Assembly: GCA_035574235.1 (NCBI GenBank)
Contig: DATLZA010000156.1
Coordinates: 17,998 to 81,997, forward strand
DNA: 64,000 nt
Reading direction: 5' to 3'
From: Planctomycetota bacterium
GTDB lineage: Bacteria; Planctomycetota; MHYJ01; JACPRB01
The notes under the pieces are model-generated. The model searched no databases, was not told where the DNA came from, and saw only the letters and a program-made list of their open reading frames with translations. Of this stretch, positions 1-8,596 are shown in pieces (the stretch's first letter is position 1; every line of letters begins with the position of its first letter). The position numbers and the translations under genes are program-made.

Positions 1-1
1 C

Positions 2-427
2 AACTTCGACGCGGACGAACTCGACGAGGCCGTCCGCATCGCCGGCCCCGGTCGCATCGCCTGCAACCAGGTTCTCTACCATCTGGGCGAGCGGGCGATC
101 GAGCACCGGGTGCTTCCTCGGTGCGCGGCGCTGGGGATGGCGCTGGTCGCCTACAGCCCGTACGGCCAGGGGGCGTTCCCGGATCCCCGCTCGGAGGGGG
201 GGCGCGCCCTGGAGGAGGTGGCCCGTGCCCTCGGCGCCACGCCGCGCCAGGTCGCGCTGGCGTTTCTGCTGCGGAATCCGCGCGTGTTCGTCATTCCCAA
301 GGCGTCGCGACCGGAGCATCTCGAGGAGAACGCCGGCGCCGCGGCGGTGAAGCTGGGTCCCGAGGACGCGGCGAAGATCGACCGGGCCTTTCCCCGCGGA
401 CGGCCGCGGCCCCTCCCGGTGCTCTGA
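2..427 (+). CDS. aldo/keto reductase, C-terminal part (5' end outside window)
   Basis: Reading frame is open from the window edge. The translation (…NQVLYHLGERAIEHRVLPRCAALGMALVAYSPYGQG…) is typical of the AKR family C-terminus. GC3-rich sense codons; TGA stop at 425-427. Confidence 0.75.
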   Translation, partial: NFDADELDEAVRIAGPGRIACNQVLYHLGERAIEHRVLPRCAALGMALVAYSPYGQGAFPDPRSEGGRALEEVARALGATPRQVALAFLLRNPRVFVIPKASRPEHLEENAGAAAVKLGPEDAAKIDRAFPRGRPRPLPVL

Positions 428-455
428 GCCACGCGGTCCTTTTCCGGAACGGCCG

Positions 456-3143
456 TCACCGGCGTTCCCAGGGGGGGCCCAGCTCGCGGGCCTCGTCCGC
501 TCCGACCAGAGAAAGCTGAAACCCGCTCGCCTGGGACGTGTAGAAGACGCGGCCGTTCGAGACGACCGCCCCCAGGCACTCGCGCGAATCCACGGCCGGC
601 CCCGTGGAGACGAGCCTGTTGCCGTCGGACAGATCCACGATGTCCACGTTGGCTCCGAGGAGGTACGGCTCCGACATCGTGAACCGGCAGCAGGCGTAGT
701 TGTGGGTGATCGTGCTGAGGATTTTGCCCGTGTGGCGGTCGAGGATGTGACCGTTGCCCCGGAGCGCCATCGAGAAGATGTAACGTTCGCCCACGGTGAT
801 GACGTTGAGGGCGGATTTCACCGGTTCGGATTGCCAGACGAGCGAACCGTCGGCGGCGTTGAGGCACGTGATGAAGCGATCCTCGGTCCGTTCGTGCGGG
901 CGGTTGTTGCCGCCCAGATAGATCCGTCCATCCCGGGCGCTGACCGTGCACTTGGACGTGACGTAGTACCGGGTGGTCAGCCAATGGACGTCGCCCGTTT
1001 CGGGATCCAGGCATGCCGTCAGTCCGTTCGCTTCGGCGGGCTGGCCGCGGCGGCGCCGCAGCTCCGCGGCGTACCCGAAGAACGTGGAGTAATAGAGCCT
1101 GCCGTCCATGAGGGCCAGGCCGCAGTCGTTTCCGCCCCGGCCGTACTCGGAAAAATCCTTCTGCCACACGAGGCGTCCGGTTTCGAGATCCCACGCCCAG
1201 ATCAGAGGCCGGTTGTCCGACGGGTAGTAGGGGTTGTCGTTGGAGTAAATCCAGCTCATGACCTCCTTTCCGCCGGGGAAGTGTTCCGGTTCGGCCTTGA
1301 AGGTGAAGGGCTTCTCCGAGCCCTGGGGCGCGTACGTGCCGGAGCCGGAGGCGTAAATGACCCGCCGCCGTCCGTACAGGACCGGCGGGAACTGCCGGCT
1401 CCAGCTCGGCGAGCCGGTAAAAGGAGCTTCCCAGAGGAGCTTCCCGGTCGCCGCGTCGAGGCACCGCACGAAGGATCGCCGGAGGCCCGCCTGAGGCACG
1501 TAGAGCCGCTCCTGATGGTAAAGCGGCGAGGTGAACGAAAGATACACCCCCGGCCACCAGCGTCTCCAGAGAAGACGTCCGGTATCCTGCTCGACGGCGA
1601 TCACCTGTCCCTCGGCGGTGTGCGTATAGAGCCGTCCTCCGCCGCAGACCGGGATGTGCTTGACGGTCCCTTCGACGCGCCGGACCCATCGCACCTTGAG
1701 GGGCAGTTTGAGCCCCTGGGCGTTGGCGTTGGTGCAGGCGAAGTCGCCGTAGTTCGTGTACCAGTCGTAGCGGGCGGCCGCCCAGGGACCGGCCAGCGGC
1801 CGGCGGATTTTCCACACCTCGAGGTCGCGGGTCGGCGGCGGCGCCGTCCCGTCCGGTCCCAGCACGTACAGGTAGCCGTCTTCGCTTCCGAAATAGATGC
1901 GGCCGCCGGAAACCGCCGGCGAAGCCGTGATCGGCGCCCCCCAGGGCGTCCGGAACGACCACGCGGGGCCTCCGCCCAGGGGGACGACATAGAGGGCGCC
2001 GTCGAGTCCTCCGTAGACGGCCGTGTCGCGAAGGAGAATCGGAGAAGCGATCGCTCCGGTTGGGGCCAGAACTTCGGGATCTTCGCGGCCGGCGGCGTGC
2101 CGCGCGAGCCCGAAGCCTTCCTCCGGCCGGCACCGGTAGACGTCCTTGCCGCGGATGCTGACCGACGCGAAGCTCAGAAGCCCCGGAAGGTGAATCGCCG
2201 TCTGAGTGCCTTTGACGAAGTCGGTTTCGATCGCGCCGCCTTTCGGCCGGAGGATCTCGACGCGACCGGCGTTGTCGCGGCGATGCCACTGCACGTAGAC
2301 CTCGCCCTCCTCGCCCACGCTCTGCCCGAAGCAGGCGGGATACTCGCGTCCGTCGTAGGCGGGGATCTCTCCGATCCTGCGGAGCTCCGCCCGGCCTCCG
2401 GCATCTTCCAAAAAGACCGTCCGGCCGCCCGCCGGGATGAGGACCGTGCGGCCGTAGAGCGACAGGTCCCGTGAGGTCACGAAGTGCTCCCTCCACGTGA
2501 CGCGGCCCTGCTTGTGCTTGAGCCAGTCGGCTCCGCTCCAGCGGTCGCCCTCGAATCGGAGGACCTCGCGCACGAAGTCCCACGTCCAGGCGAGGGTACC
2601 GTCCGGCTCGACCGCGTAAACCGTGGAACCCAGGGTGACGAAGTACGCACGCCCGTTGCCGACGGCGGGACTCGAAAAGATCGCATCCCCGCAATCGATT
2701 TCCCGCACGATGCGGCCGGTGGCGCGGTCGAGAACGTAGTAGTACCCGGCGGAGGTTCCGAAGTGAAGGTACGGGCCGATCACAGCGGGGGACGAGACGT
2801 TGTTGACGTTCCCCGCGCCTCCGCGGGTGGGAGTTTTCCAGACGACCTCGAGCGTGCGCGCGTCGAGGGCGAAGGCGACGCCCGAGCCGTCGACGACATG
2901 GACGCGGCCGTCGGCGACCACGGGCGAGGTCTGGATCGCGTCGGTGAGAGGCACCGCGCCCACGAGGCCGAGCGGGGGTCGGACCTCCCGGTCGGGCGCG
3001 TTTCCGGAGCGCCGCGCGTCGAACTTGAGCTGGGGCCAGTCGTCGGCCCGGGATGAGGGCTCCGGGGATCCGCCCGCCGGCCCGTCGCCCGCGCGTGAGG
3101 GCGAAGGAGCGACCGCCAGGAAAATCGTCCAGAGGAGGATCAT
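456..3143 (-). CDS. secreted PQQ-like beta-propeller repeat protein (BamB/PQQ-repeat family, probably two propellers)
   Basis: 895 aa. N-terminal signal peptide MILLWTIFLAVAPSPSRAG. Recurring ~40-aa repeats with 'DG.l/vYV…G.l.A.D..TG..lW' pattern characteristic of PQQ beta-propeller blades. Convergent with the AKR gene. Confidence 0.75.
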   Translation of the reverse strand: MILLWTIFLAVAPSPSRAGDGPAGGSPEPSSRADDWPQLKFDARRSGNAPDREVRPPLGLVGAVPLTDAIQTSPVVADGRVHVVDGSGVAFALDARTLEVVWKTPTRGGAGNVNNVSSPAVIGPYLHFGTSAGYYYVLDRATGRIVREIDCGDAIFSSPAVGNGRAYFVTLGSTVYAVEPDGTLAWTWDFVREVLRFEGDRWSGADWLKHKQGRVTWREHFVTSRDLSLYGRTVLIPAGGRTVFLEDAGGRAELRRIGEIPAYDGREYPACFGQSVGEEGEVYVQWHRRDNAGRVEILRPKGGAIETDFVKGTQTAIHLPGLLSFASVSIRGKDVYRCRPEEGFGLARHAAGREDPEVLAPTGAIASPILLRDTAVYGGLDGALYVVPLGGGPAWSFRTPWGAPITASPAVSGGRIYFGSEDGYLYVLGPDGTAPPPTRDLEVWKIRRPLAGPWAAARYDWYTNYGDFACTNANAQGLKLPLKVRWVRRVEGTVKHIPVCGGGRLYTHTAEGQVIAVEQDTGRLLWRRWWPGVYLSFTSPLYHQERLYVPQAGLRRSFVRCLDAATGKLLWEAPFTGSPSWSRQFPPVLYGRRRVIYASGSGTYAPQGSEKPFTFKAEPEHFPGGKEVMSWIYSNDNPYYPSDNRPLIWAWDLETGRLVWQKDFSEYGRGGNDCGLALMDGRLYYSTFFGYAAELRRRRGQPAEANGLTACLDPETGDVHWLTTRYYVTSKCTVSARDGRIYLGGNNRPHERTEDRFITCLNAADGSLVWQSEPVKSALNVITVGERYIFSMALRGNGHILDRHTGKILSTITHNYACCRFTMSEPYLLGANVDIVDLSDGNRLVSTGPAVDSRECLGAVVSNGRVFYTSQASGFQLSLVGADEARELGPPWERR

Positions 3144-3287
3144 CGTCGGCCGTCTCCTTGTCTTTGCTCGCCCCTGCCGCCGGCGCCGGTCGTCCGGACG
3201 GAGGTCTCAGTAGTATTACGCCCGGTCCGCAGATCGGGCGGCGGCTCGGCTGTACGCCGTTCTCTTGCGGAACTACAATGTGGCTTG

Positions 3288-4037
3288 ATGAACGTGCGCC
3301 TGGGGTGTCGCCGGAGCGCTCTTCGACGAATCGCGCGATGCGCGTTCGCGGTCCTGATCGCGGCGGCGGGCGGGTGCTCGGCGATCCCCATTGATCCGCA
3401 TTCCTTTCCTCTCGAGAGGCTTTCCGAGGCGCATCGGGCCAAGGTCGAAGCGGTTCTGTCCGATGTCGCGGCGGTGGTGTCCCTGGAAGGAGGCCGGGTG
3501 AAGAGCCGGCCGGAAATTTATGACTTCCTGTTGGACGAGATGCCCTTCACCGGCGGCGTCGTGCGGGCGCTCGGGCGGGGGGACTGGAAAATCTTCCGGG
3601 ATCCCGAGCGACCGGAGCGAAACGTCTTCCACGTTCTGGACGCGGACGGGATGAGCCTGAGATTCGAGCTGGTCTGGCGGGAACCGTCGCGGCGGCTGTA
3701 CGTGTCGGAGGGGGTTTTCCCGATGGGGATTCTGCCGGCCTTGCGGGGGAGTACCGTGGTGGTGATGAGGACGATTCCGCAAGGAGAGGAGGTCTGGACC
3801 GACGCGGTCGTCTACGTGCGGGTGGAGACGCCGTTTTATTCGGGCCTGGCCAAGGGGCTGCGGGGACTCGTCGAGGACAAGGTTCGCGAGAAGTCCGGGT
3901 ACTTCATCCGTGCGGCGCGGTGGGTGGCGGAAGAAGCGGCGGCGCGGCCGGACGAGCTCTGCCGCGCGGCGGCCGGCTCTCCGGAGGTGGATCCGGCGGC
4001 GCTTGAGGAATTCCGGAAGCGATTCGCCGGTCCGTGA
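3288..4037 (+). CDS. hypothetical secreted protein, possible lipoprotein
   Basis: ATG at 3288 (the track uses TTG at 3285). N-terminal hydrophobic segment ending …LIAAAGGCSAIP. No recognisable domain. Coding-like GC3 bias. Confidence 0.5.
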   Translation: MNVRLGCRRSALRRIARCAFAVLIAAAGGCSAIPIDPHSFPLERLSEAHRAKVEAVLSDVAAVVSLEGGRVKSRPEIYDFLLDEMPFTGGVVRALGRGDWKIFRDPERPERNVFHVLDADGMSLRFELVWREPSRRLYVSEGVFPMGILPALRGSTVVVMRTIPQGEEVWTDAVVYVRVETPFYSGLAKGLRGLVEDKVREKSGYFIRAARWVAEEAAARPDELCRAAAGSPEVDPAALEEFRKRFAGP

Positions 4038-4066
4038 ACCGGGTTGCTTCGTTCTCCGCCGTACCC

Positions 4067-4072
4067 TATAAT
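4067..4072 (+). promoter_or_regulatory. -10-like TATAAT element upstream of rnpB
   Basis: ccctATAATgtcgg lies about 20 nt upstream of the P1 helix of the RNase P RNA. Confidence 0.35.
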
Positions 4073-4092
4073 GTCGGTCGGTTCTCTGAAAT

Positions 4093-4634
4093 TCGGGCGG
4101 AAGGAGACGGGGCGCGGGCGGTCGCGGTCGCCGAGAGGCGGCCGAGGCAAAGTCCGGGCTCCCGAGGGCAGGGTGGTCGCTAACGGCGACACGGCCCCGC
4201 CAGGGGCCGATGGAGAGTGCCACAGAGAAGATACCGCCGATGGTCTTCCCGCACGCCGAAGGGCGTTCGAGAGGAATCAGGCAAGGGTGAAAAGGCGGGG
4301 TAAGAGCCCGCCGCCCCGGCGGCGACGCCGGGGGTCCGCCGTCGCGTCCGGTTTCGGCCGCGGCGCCGCGGCGGATCCTCCCCAGCGGCCGGAAGGCCGC
4401 CGAGGAGGACACGGAAAACCCCACCCGGAGAAAGGCCGAATAGACGCGCGCCATCCTGGCGATCGACGGTGGCCCGCCGGAAGCCTTCCCGCACAGGGAG
4501 GGGGCGCGCCATGGGTAGGCCGTTCGAGCGCCGGCGCAAGCCGTCGCCCAGATTGATGACCGCCGCTTCCGGCCCGGAAACCCCGGGACGGGAGACCAGA
4601 ACCCGGCTTACAGCGCCCCGTCTCCCTCCGCCCG
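4093..4634 (+). ncRNA. rnpB: RNase P RNA, bacterial type A
   Basis: Universal RNase P RNA blocks are present: GCAAAGUCCGGGCUCC…AGGGCAGGGUGGUCGCUAACGGCGAC, GUGCCACAGAGAAGAUACCGCC, AUCAGGCAAGGGUGAAAAGGCGGGGUAAGAGCCCGCC, ACGGAAAACCCCACCCGGAGAAAGGCCGAAUAGA, CAGAACCCGGCUUACAG. The 5' segment GGGCGGAAGGAGACGGGGCGC is complementary to the 3' segment GCGCCCCGUCUCCCUCCGCCC (P1 helix). End coordinates are accurate to about 5 nt. Overlapping six-frame ORFs are therefore spurious. Confidence 0.85.
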
Positions 4635-4658
4635 CCACGGCAAGGAGGGGATCGGGCG

Positions 4659-5126
4659 ATGGCGATCGCGTGCCTCGCGGCGGCGCTTCTCGGGACCCCC
4701 GTTCAGGAGGATCAGGACGCCGCGCATCGGCGGATTCTCGAGCGCGTCGAGCGCGAGGTCCGCGAATCCTACCTCCGCCTGCGCCACGAGCTTCGCGCGC
4801 TCATCCGTTCGGAGATCGAGCGGGCGCGCGCGGCGGCTCCCCGGCGCGCCTACCTGGGCATCGTCGCCGGCGATCTGGGAGACGACGAGCGCCGCGCGCT
4901 CGGAATTCCGGGAGGCATCAAGATCGCCGAGGTGCGCGGCCCGGCCCGCGAGGCGGGCGTCCGGCCGGGAGACATCCTGCTCGAGGTCGATGGGGTTCCG
5001 GTCAGCGAGGAGCGCATCGCCGGGATCCTGGGGCGGTACCGTCCTGGAGACCGCGTGGCGGTCACGGTGCTGAGAGATCGGCGCCGGGAAACGCTGAACC
5101 TCCGGTTGGGGGAGCGCGCCGAGTAG
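4659..5126 (+). CDS. secreted PDZ-domain-only protein (HtrA-type PDZ)
   Basis: Signal peptide MAIACLAAALLGTPVQ, followed by a single PDZ: YLGIVAGDL…GIKIAEVRGPAREAGVRPGDILLEVDGVPV…RVAVTVLRDRRRETLNLRLGERAE. No protease domain. Confidence 0.7.
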   Translation: MAIACLAAALLGTPVQEDQDAAHRRILERVEREVRESYLRLRHELRALIRSEIERARAAAPRRAYLGIVAGDLGDDERRALGIPGGIKIAEVRGPAREAGVRPGDILLEVDGVPVSEERIAGILGRYRPGDRVAVTVLRDRRRETLNLRLGERAE

Positions 5127-5185
5127 AGGGGGGAGGGATTGCGTTGTAGCGGACGCGCCGTTCGGCCGATATAATGGGGGCGCCG

Positions 5186-5812
5186 ATGGTGACGCAAAGC
5201 TTCTATACGCCGGTGCAGGCCGCTCAAGTGCTCGGCTGCTCCGAGCAGGAAGTCGTCGATTACATCAAGTCCGGGCAGCTCAACGGCCAGTACATGGCCA
5301 ACATCGCCAACTACGTCATCACCCACAACGACCTTCTGGCCTTCCTCAAGGCCACCAAGGATTTCAAGACGATCCAGAAGATCCTGACCCGCCGGATCAT
5401 CCTGGTCGATCGGGATCCCAAGGTGCAGGACATCGTGCGGATGGAGCTGGGGCGCCAGGGCTTCGAGGTGCGCGTGGCCACCACGGAGCGGGAGGTGGCG
5501 TTCCTGGCGGACGAGATCCAGCCGGACGTCATCTGCGTCCACGCCGCGGCCACGACGCGCGGGAAGGACCCGGTGGGGCCCAGCCTGGAGCGGGCGCGCC
5601 GGGTTCACAAGACCTACGTCATCCTCTATCACAACTACGCTCCCCATTTCGCCAGCACCCCCGAAGTCGCCGCGCAACTTCAGGCGGTCCCCGCGGATCT
5701 AATCGTATCGACGGACCGCGGAGTCACTCCCCTGGTGGAGGCCGTGCGGGCCCGGTTCGGCCTCAAGGGCGGAGGCGGGGTCACGCCTCCTCCCCGCGGC
5801 CCGCTGCGGTAG
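5186..5812 (+). CDS. DNA-binding (excisionase/MerR-like HTH) protein fused to a receiver-like domain
   Basis: The N-terminus PVQAAQVLGCSEQEVVDYIKSGQL is HTH_17-like. It is followed by a CheY-like fold (RRIILVDRDPKVQDIVRMELGRQGFEVRVATT…PDVICVHAAA). The start at 5186 is preferred over 5174, because ATG 5174 lies inside the TATAAT at 5170-5175. Confidence 0.6.
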   Translation: MVTQSFYTPVQAAQVLGCSEQEVVDYIKSGQLNGQYMANIANYVITHNDLLAFLKATKDFKTIQKILTRRIILVDRDPKVQDIVRMELGRQGFEVRVATTEREVAFLADEIQPDVICVHAAATTRGKDPVGPSLERARRVHKTYVILYHNYAPHFASTPEVAAQLQAVPADLIVSTDRGVTPLVEAVRARFGLKGGGGVTPPPRGPLR

Positions 5813-5888
5813 CGCTCCCCAACGGGGTTGCCGGCGGGACGTATTACCTCTGAACGGAGGCGATCGAACGGTTCCCGAGGGAGGCTTT

Positions 5889-7193
5889 ATGAAGTTCCTG
5901 CGGACATTCCTGGCGGGGCTCGGGATTCTGGCGGCGGCCGTGCCGGCGGCGGCCCAGGATCAGGACAAGGAAGCGCTCAAGAAGAAGATCCTGGAGGACG
6001 TCGAGCGCCGCCTCCGGCAGGAAGAAGAACGCCTTCTCAAAGACATCGAAAAGATGCTCGAGGAGGAACTTTCCGGGGTCCGAAAGGCGCCGCCTCCGGA
6101 ATCCAAGCCTCCCGCTCCGCCGCGCAAGGCGCGCGGGTACCTGGGGATCCGGCCCGGAGACCTGAGCGACGAAGAGAAAAAGGATCTCGGAATCAAGAAC
6201 GGGATCCGGATTTTCGAGGTTGTCGAAGGAGGCCCGGCGGCCAAGGCCGGCCTCAAGGCGGACGACGTCCTGGTCGCCATCGACGGGAAACCCATCGAGT
6301 CGCCCCAGGAGATTCCCGCCCTGATCCAGAATCTCGGAGAGGGCGCCCGCATCAAGGTGGAGTACCTTCGAGACGGGCGCCGTTCCACCGCCGAGGTGAC
6401 GCTGGGGCGCCACCCGATGGACGCCGCGGGGGCGGAGGCGGCCCCGAAGAAGGAGGAGCCGCGGCCCGCCGAACCTCCCCGCGCGGAACCGCGGAAGGAG
6501 GAGCCCAAGAAGGAGGAGCTCCGGGAGCGCGTCAAGAAGTTCCTCGAGCCGCGCGAAGGGGAGCGCAAACAGGAAGAGCCCCGGGGCCCGGAGCGCGGCG
6601 CTCGTGGCGACGACGAGGGACTCGATTTCTTCGCCCTGGAGGACGAGGTCTTCGAGCAGCTCCGGGCCGTCTTCGAGCAGCTCGGAATGGATCCGGAGCA
6701 GTTTTTCGAGCAGGGCAAGGACGGCAAGTGGAGGCTCAACCGCGATCTGCGGGAAATGTTCCGCGGCCTGGACCTCGAGAAGTTCCGCGACCTTCTGCCG
6801 GGCAAGGAGGCGCCCGCCCCCCGCGCGAAGCCTCCCGCCCGCCCGGCCCCCAAGGTCGAGCCCCGCAAGGAAGCTCCCGCGCCTGCGGCGCCGCGGGCCT
6901 GGCTGGGGATCCAGCCGGAGGAACCGGCGGAACAACTCCGGGCTCAGCTTGAGATTGAGGACGGCGTCGGGCTTCTCGTGGCCGACGTCGTCTCCGGAAG
7001 TCCGGCGGAGCAGGCGGGACTCCGGAAGAACGACATCCTCCTCAAGATCGACGGGCAACCCGTCCGGGGCGAGGAGGGGCTGGCCAAATTCATGGAGGCG
7101 GCCAAGCCGGGCCAGGAGGCGGCGCTGACGATTCTGCGCCGCGGCAAGGAGCAGGTCCTCAAGGTCAAACTCGGCGAGCGAAAGGGCGAATAG
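5889..7193 (+). CDS. secreted protein with two HtrA-type PDZ domains separated by a charged low-complexity linker
   Basis: Signal peptide MKFLRTFLAGLGILAAAVPAAA. PDZ1 is YLGIRPGDL…GIRIFEVVEGGPAAKAGLKADDVLVAIDGKPI. The linker is rich in E/P/R/K. PDZ2 is WLGIQPEEP…GLLVADVVSGSPAEQAGLRKNDILLKIDGQPV…VLKVKLGERKGE. Confidence 0.75.
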   Translation: MKFLRTFLAGLGILAAAVPAAAQDQDKEALKKKILEDVERRLRQEEERLLKDIEKMLEEELSGVRKAPPPESKPPAPPRKARGYLGIRPGDLSDEEKKDLGIKNGIRIFEVVEGGPAAKAGLKADDVLVAIDGKPIESPQEIPALIQNLGEGARIKVEYLRDGRRSTAEVTLGRHPMDAAGAEAAPKKEEPRPAEPPRAEPRKEEPKKEELRERVKKFLEPREGERKQEEPRGPERGARGDDEGLDFFALEDEVFEQLRAVFEQLGMDPEQFFEQGKDGKWRLNRDLREMFRGLDLEKFRDLLPGKEAPAPRAKPPARPAPKVEPRKEAPAPAAPRAWLGIQPEEPAEQLRAQLEIEDGVGLLVADVVSGSPAEQAGLRKNDILLKIDGQPVRGEEGLAKFMEAAKPGQEAALTILRRGKEQVLKVKLGERKGE

Positions 7194-7326
7194 CCCCCCT
7201 TCGTTTTCTCCGCCGCCCGAATTCCTGAAAGGTCGGCGCGCGGCGGCGCGTCTCCTTTCCTGGAGGCCCGGCCGGCGACCCCGGATTTCGGCCGGGAGCG
7301 TCGTTCCTTCGGGCCTTCCCGGTCGT

Positions 7327-7332
7327 TATAAT
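7327..7332 (+). promoter_or_regulatory. -10-like TATAAT element upstream of the ECF sigma gene
   Basis: ggtcgtTATAATggttgggccctcgtcgcgcgagggc. A 7-bp hairpin (gccctcg/cgagggc) lies in the leader before ATG 7369. Confidence 0.3.
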
Positions 7333-7368
7333 GGTTGGGCCCTCGTCGCGCGAGGGCTCCCCCTGGAT

Positions 7369-7953
7369 ATGCCGGACGCCGCCGAAATCGCCCTGATTCA
7401 GCGCTGCCAGGAAGGACGGGAAGACGCCTTCCGGGAATTGGTCGAACGCTATCAGCGGCGCACCTTCTGGATCGCCTACAACATGGTCGGCAACCAGGAG
7501 ACGGCCCGGGAGATCTCTCAGGAAGCCTTCGTGCGCGTCTTCCGCAACATCCGCCGGTTCGACGTGCGGAAGAACTTCTACACCTGGCTCTACCAGATCG
7601 TCGTCAATCTTTCGATCGACCACGTCCGGAAGGCTTCGCACGCGCGGACGGTGGATCTCGACGGCGTAGGCGGGCTGGCGGATCCCGCGCGCCGCGATCC
7701 TTCCGAAAGCGGGGAAAGGGCCGAAACGCGCCGCCGGGTGCACCAGGCGCTGGACCGGTTGCCTCCGAAGTACAAGGCGGTCCTCACCCTGCGCGACATT
7801 CAGGGGTTTTCCTGCGAGGAGATCGCCGAGATCGTCGGCTGCACCAACGCCACCGTTCGCTGGCGCCTCCACCGGGCGCGGCGCCTCTTCAAGGCCGTGT
7901 GGGAAGGCAAGGGCGTCCAGATCGGCGACGAAGGGGAGGCGTCCGAGCGCTGA
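7369..7953 (+). CDS. ECF (sigma-24/RpoE-like) RNA polymerase sigma factor
   Basis: Region 2 motifs FRELVERYQRRTFWIAYNMVGNQETAREISQEAFVRVF and region 4 motif VLTLRDIQGFSCEEIAEIVGCTNATVRWRLHRAR. Confidence 0.9.
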   Translation: MPDAAEIALIQRCQEGREDAFRELVERYQRRTFWIAYNMVGNQETAREISQEAFVRVFRNIRRFDVRKNFYTWLYQIVVNLSIDHVRKASHARTVDLDGVGGLADPARRDPSESGERAETRRRVHQALDRLPPKYKAVLTLRDIQGFSCEEIAEIVGCTNATVRWRLHRARRLFKAVWEGKGVQIGDEGEASER

Positions 7954-8003
7954 CCCGCCTCCGCGCGCCTAACAGCCCCACCCGCGGCTCGTATAAGGGG
8001 TGA

Positions 8004-8576
8004 ATGGAGAAGCAGGATTTCATGGGCTGCGGGGAGATTCGGGAACTTCTGCCGCTCTACGTGGGCGGGGAGGCGTCCGAGGAGGACCGGGGGGCCGTCG
8101 AGGAGCACGTGCGGTTCTGCGGCGCCTGCGCGCGCGAGCTGGACCAGTACCGCGAGGCCCGCACCCACTTGGCCGTCCTCCGGGAAGTGGACGTCCCGCC
8201 GGGTCTCTGGCGGTCGATGTGGGCGGGCATTCGCGGCGAGCTTTTTCCGCGTTCGGTTCCCGCCGCGGGAGCGTCCTGGATGGAAACGGGCCTGCGGTGC
8301 GCCGCGGCGCTTTTTCTGGGCGTGGCGATCGGCCTGGGGGCGCACCTTGTGGGCGGAGATCGCCCGCAGGAGATCCCCGCGGCGCCGGAAGGCGTTCGAG
8401 AACCCGTGAGCGCCTCCGTGCCGGGCTCGGGACCCGCCCGGGTTCTGAGCTCGGAGCCCTGGCCCGCGAGACGCGCGCCCCGGTTCGAGATGGTGCTCCC
8501 CGAAGCGAACCCGGACGAGGACGCCTATCTCCCTCGCGTGGAATCCCTGCTTTCCGGCGACGAGCGGGAGTTCTAG
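8004..8576 (+). CDS. zf-HC2 (ChrR/RsrA-type) transmembrane anti-sigma factor
   Basis: Immediately downstream of the ECF sigma gene. N-terminal H-x3-C-x2-C motif (EEHVRFCGACAREL), then a single TM (AALFLGVAIGLGAHLVGG) and a ~70-aa extracytoplasmic tail. The RBS aagggg lies 6 nt upstream. Confidence 0.8.
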   Translation: MEKQDFMGCGEIRELLPLYVGGEASEEDRGAVEEHVRFCGACARELDQYREARTHLAVLREVDVPPGLWRSMWAGIRGELFPRSVPAAGASWMETGLRCAAALFLGVAIGLGAHLVGGDRPQEIPAAPEGVREPVSASVPGSGPARVLSSEPWPARRAPRFEMVLPEANPDEDAYLPRVESLLSGDEREF

Positions 8577-8596
8577 TCCTCGACGCCGAGGCGGCT

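Noticed and set aside
428-455. Hairpin ggaacg…cgttcc between convergent AKR and PQQ genes as a bidirectional terminator
   Set aside because: A stem exists but there is no flanking U-tract on either strand. Too weak to call.
151-2694. 847-aa minus ORF and 702-2474 plus ORF overlapping the PQQ-propeller gene
   Set aside because: These are alternative frames. The 456-3143 frame has a signal peptide and periodic beta-propeller repeats, whereas these are R/P/G-rich.
4044-5149. ORFs 4044-4556(+), 4180-4638(-), 4469-5149(+) and 3273-4454(-)
   Set aside because: They overlap the RNase P RNA gene. Their R/G/P-rich translations have no motifs.
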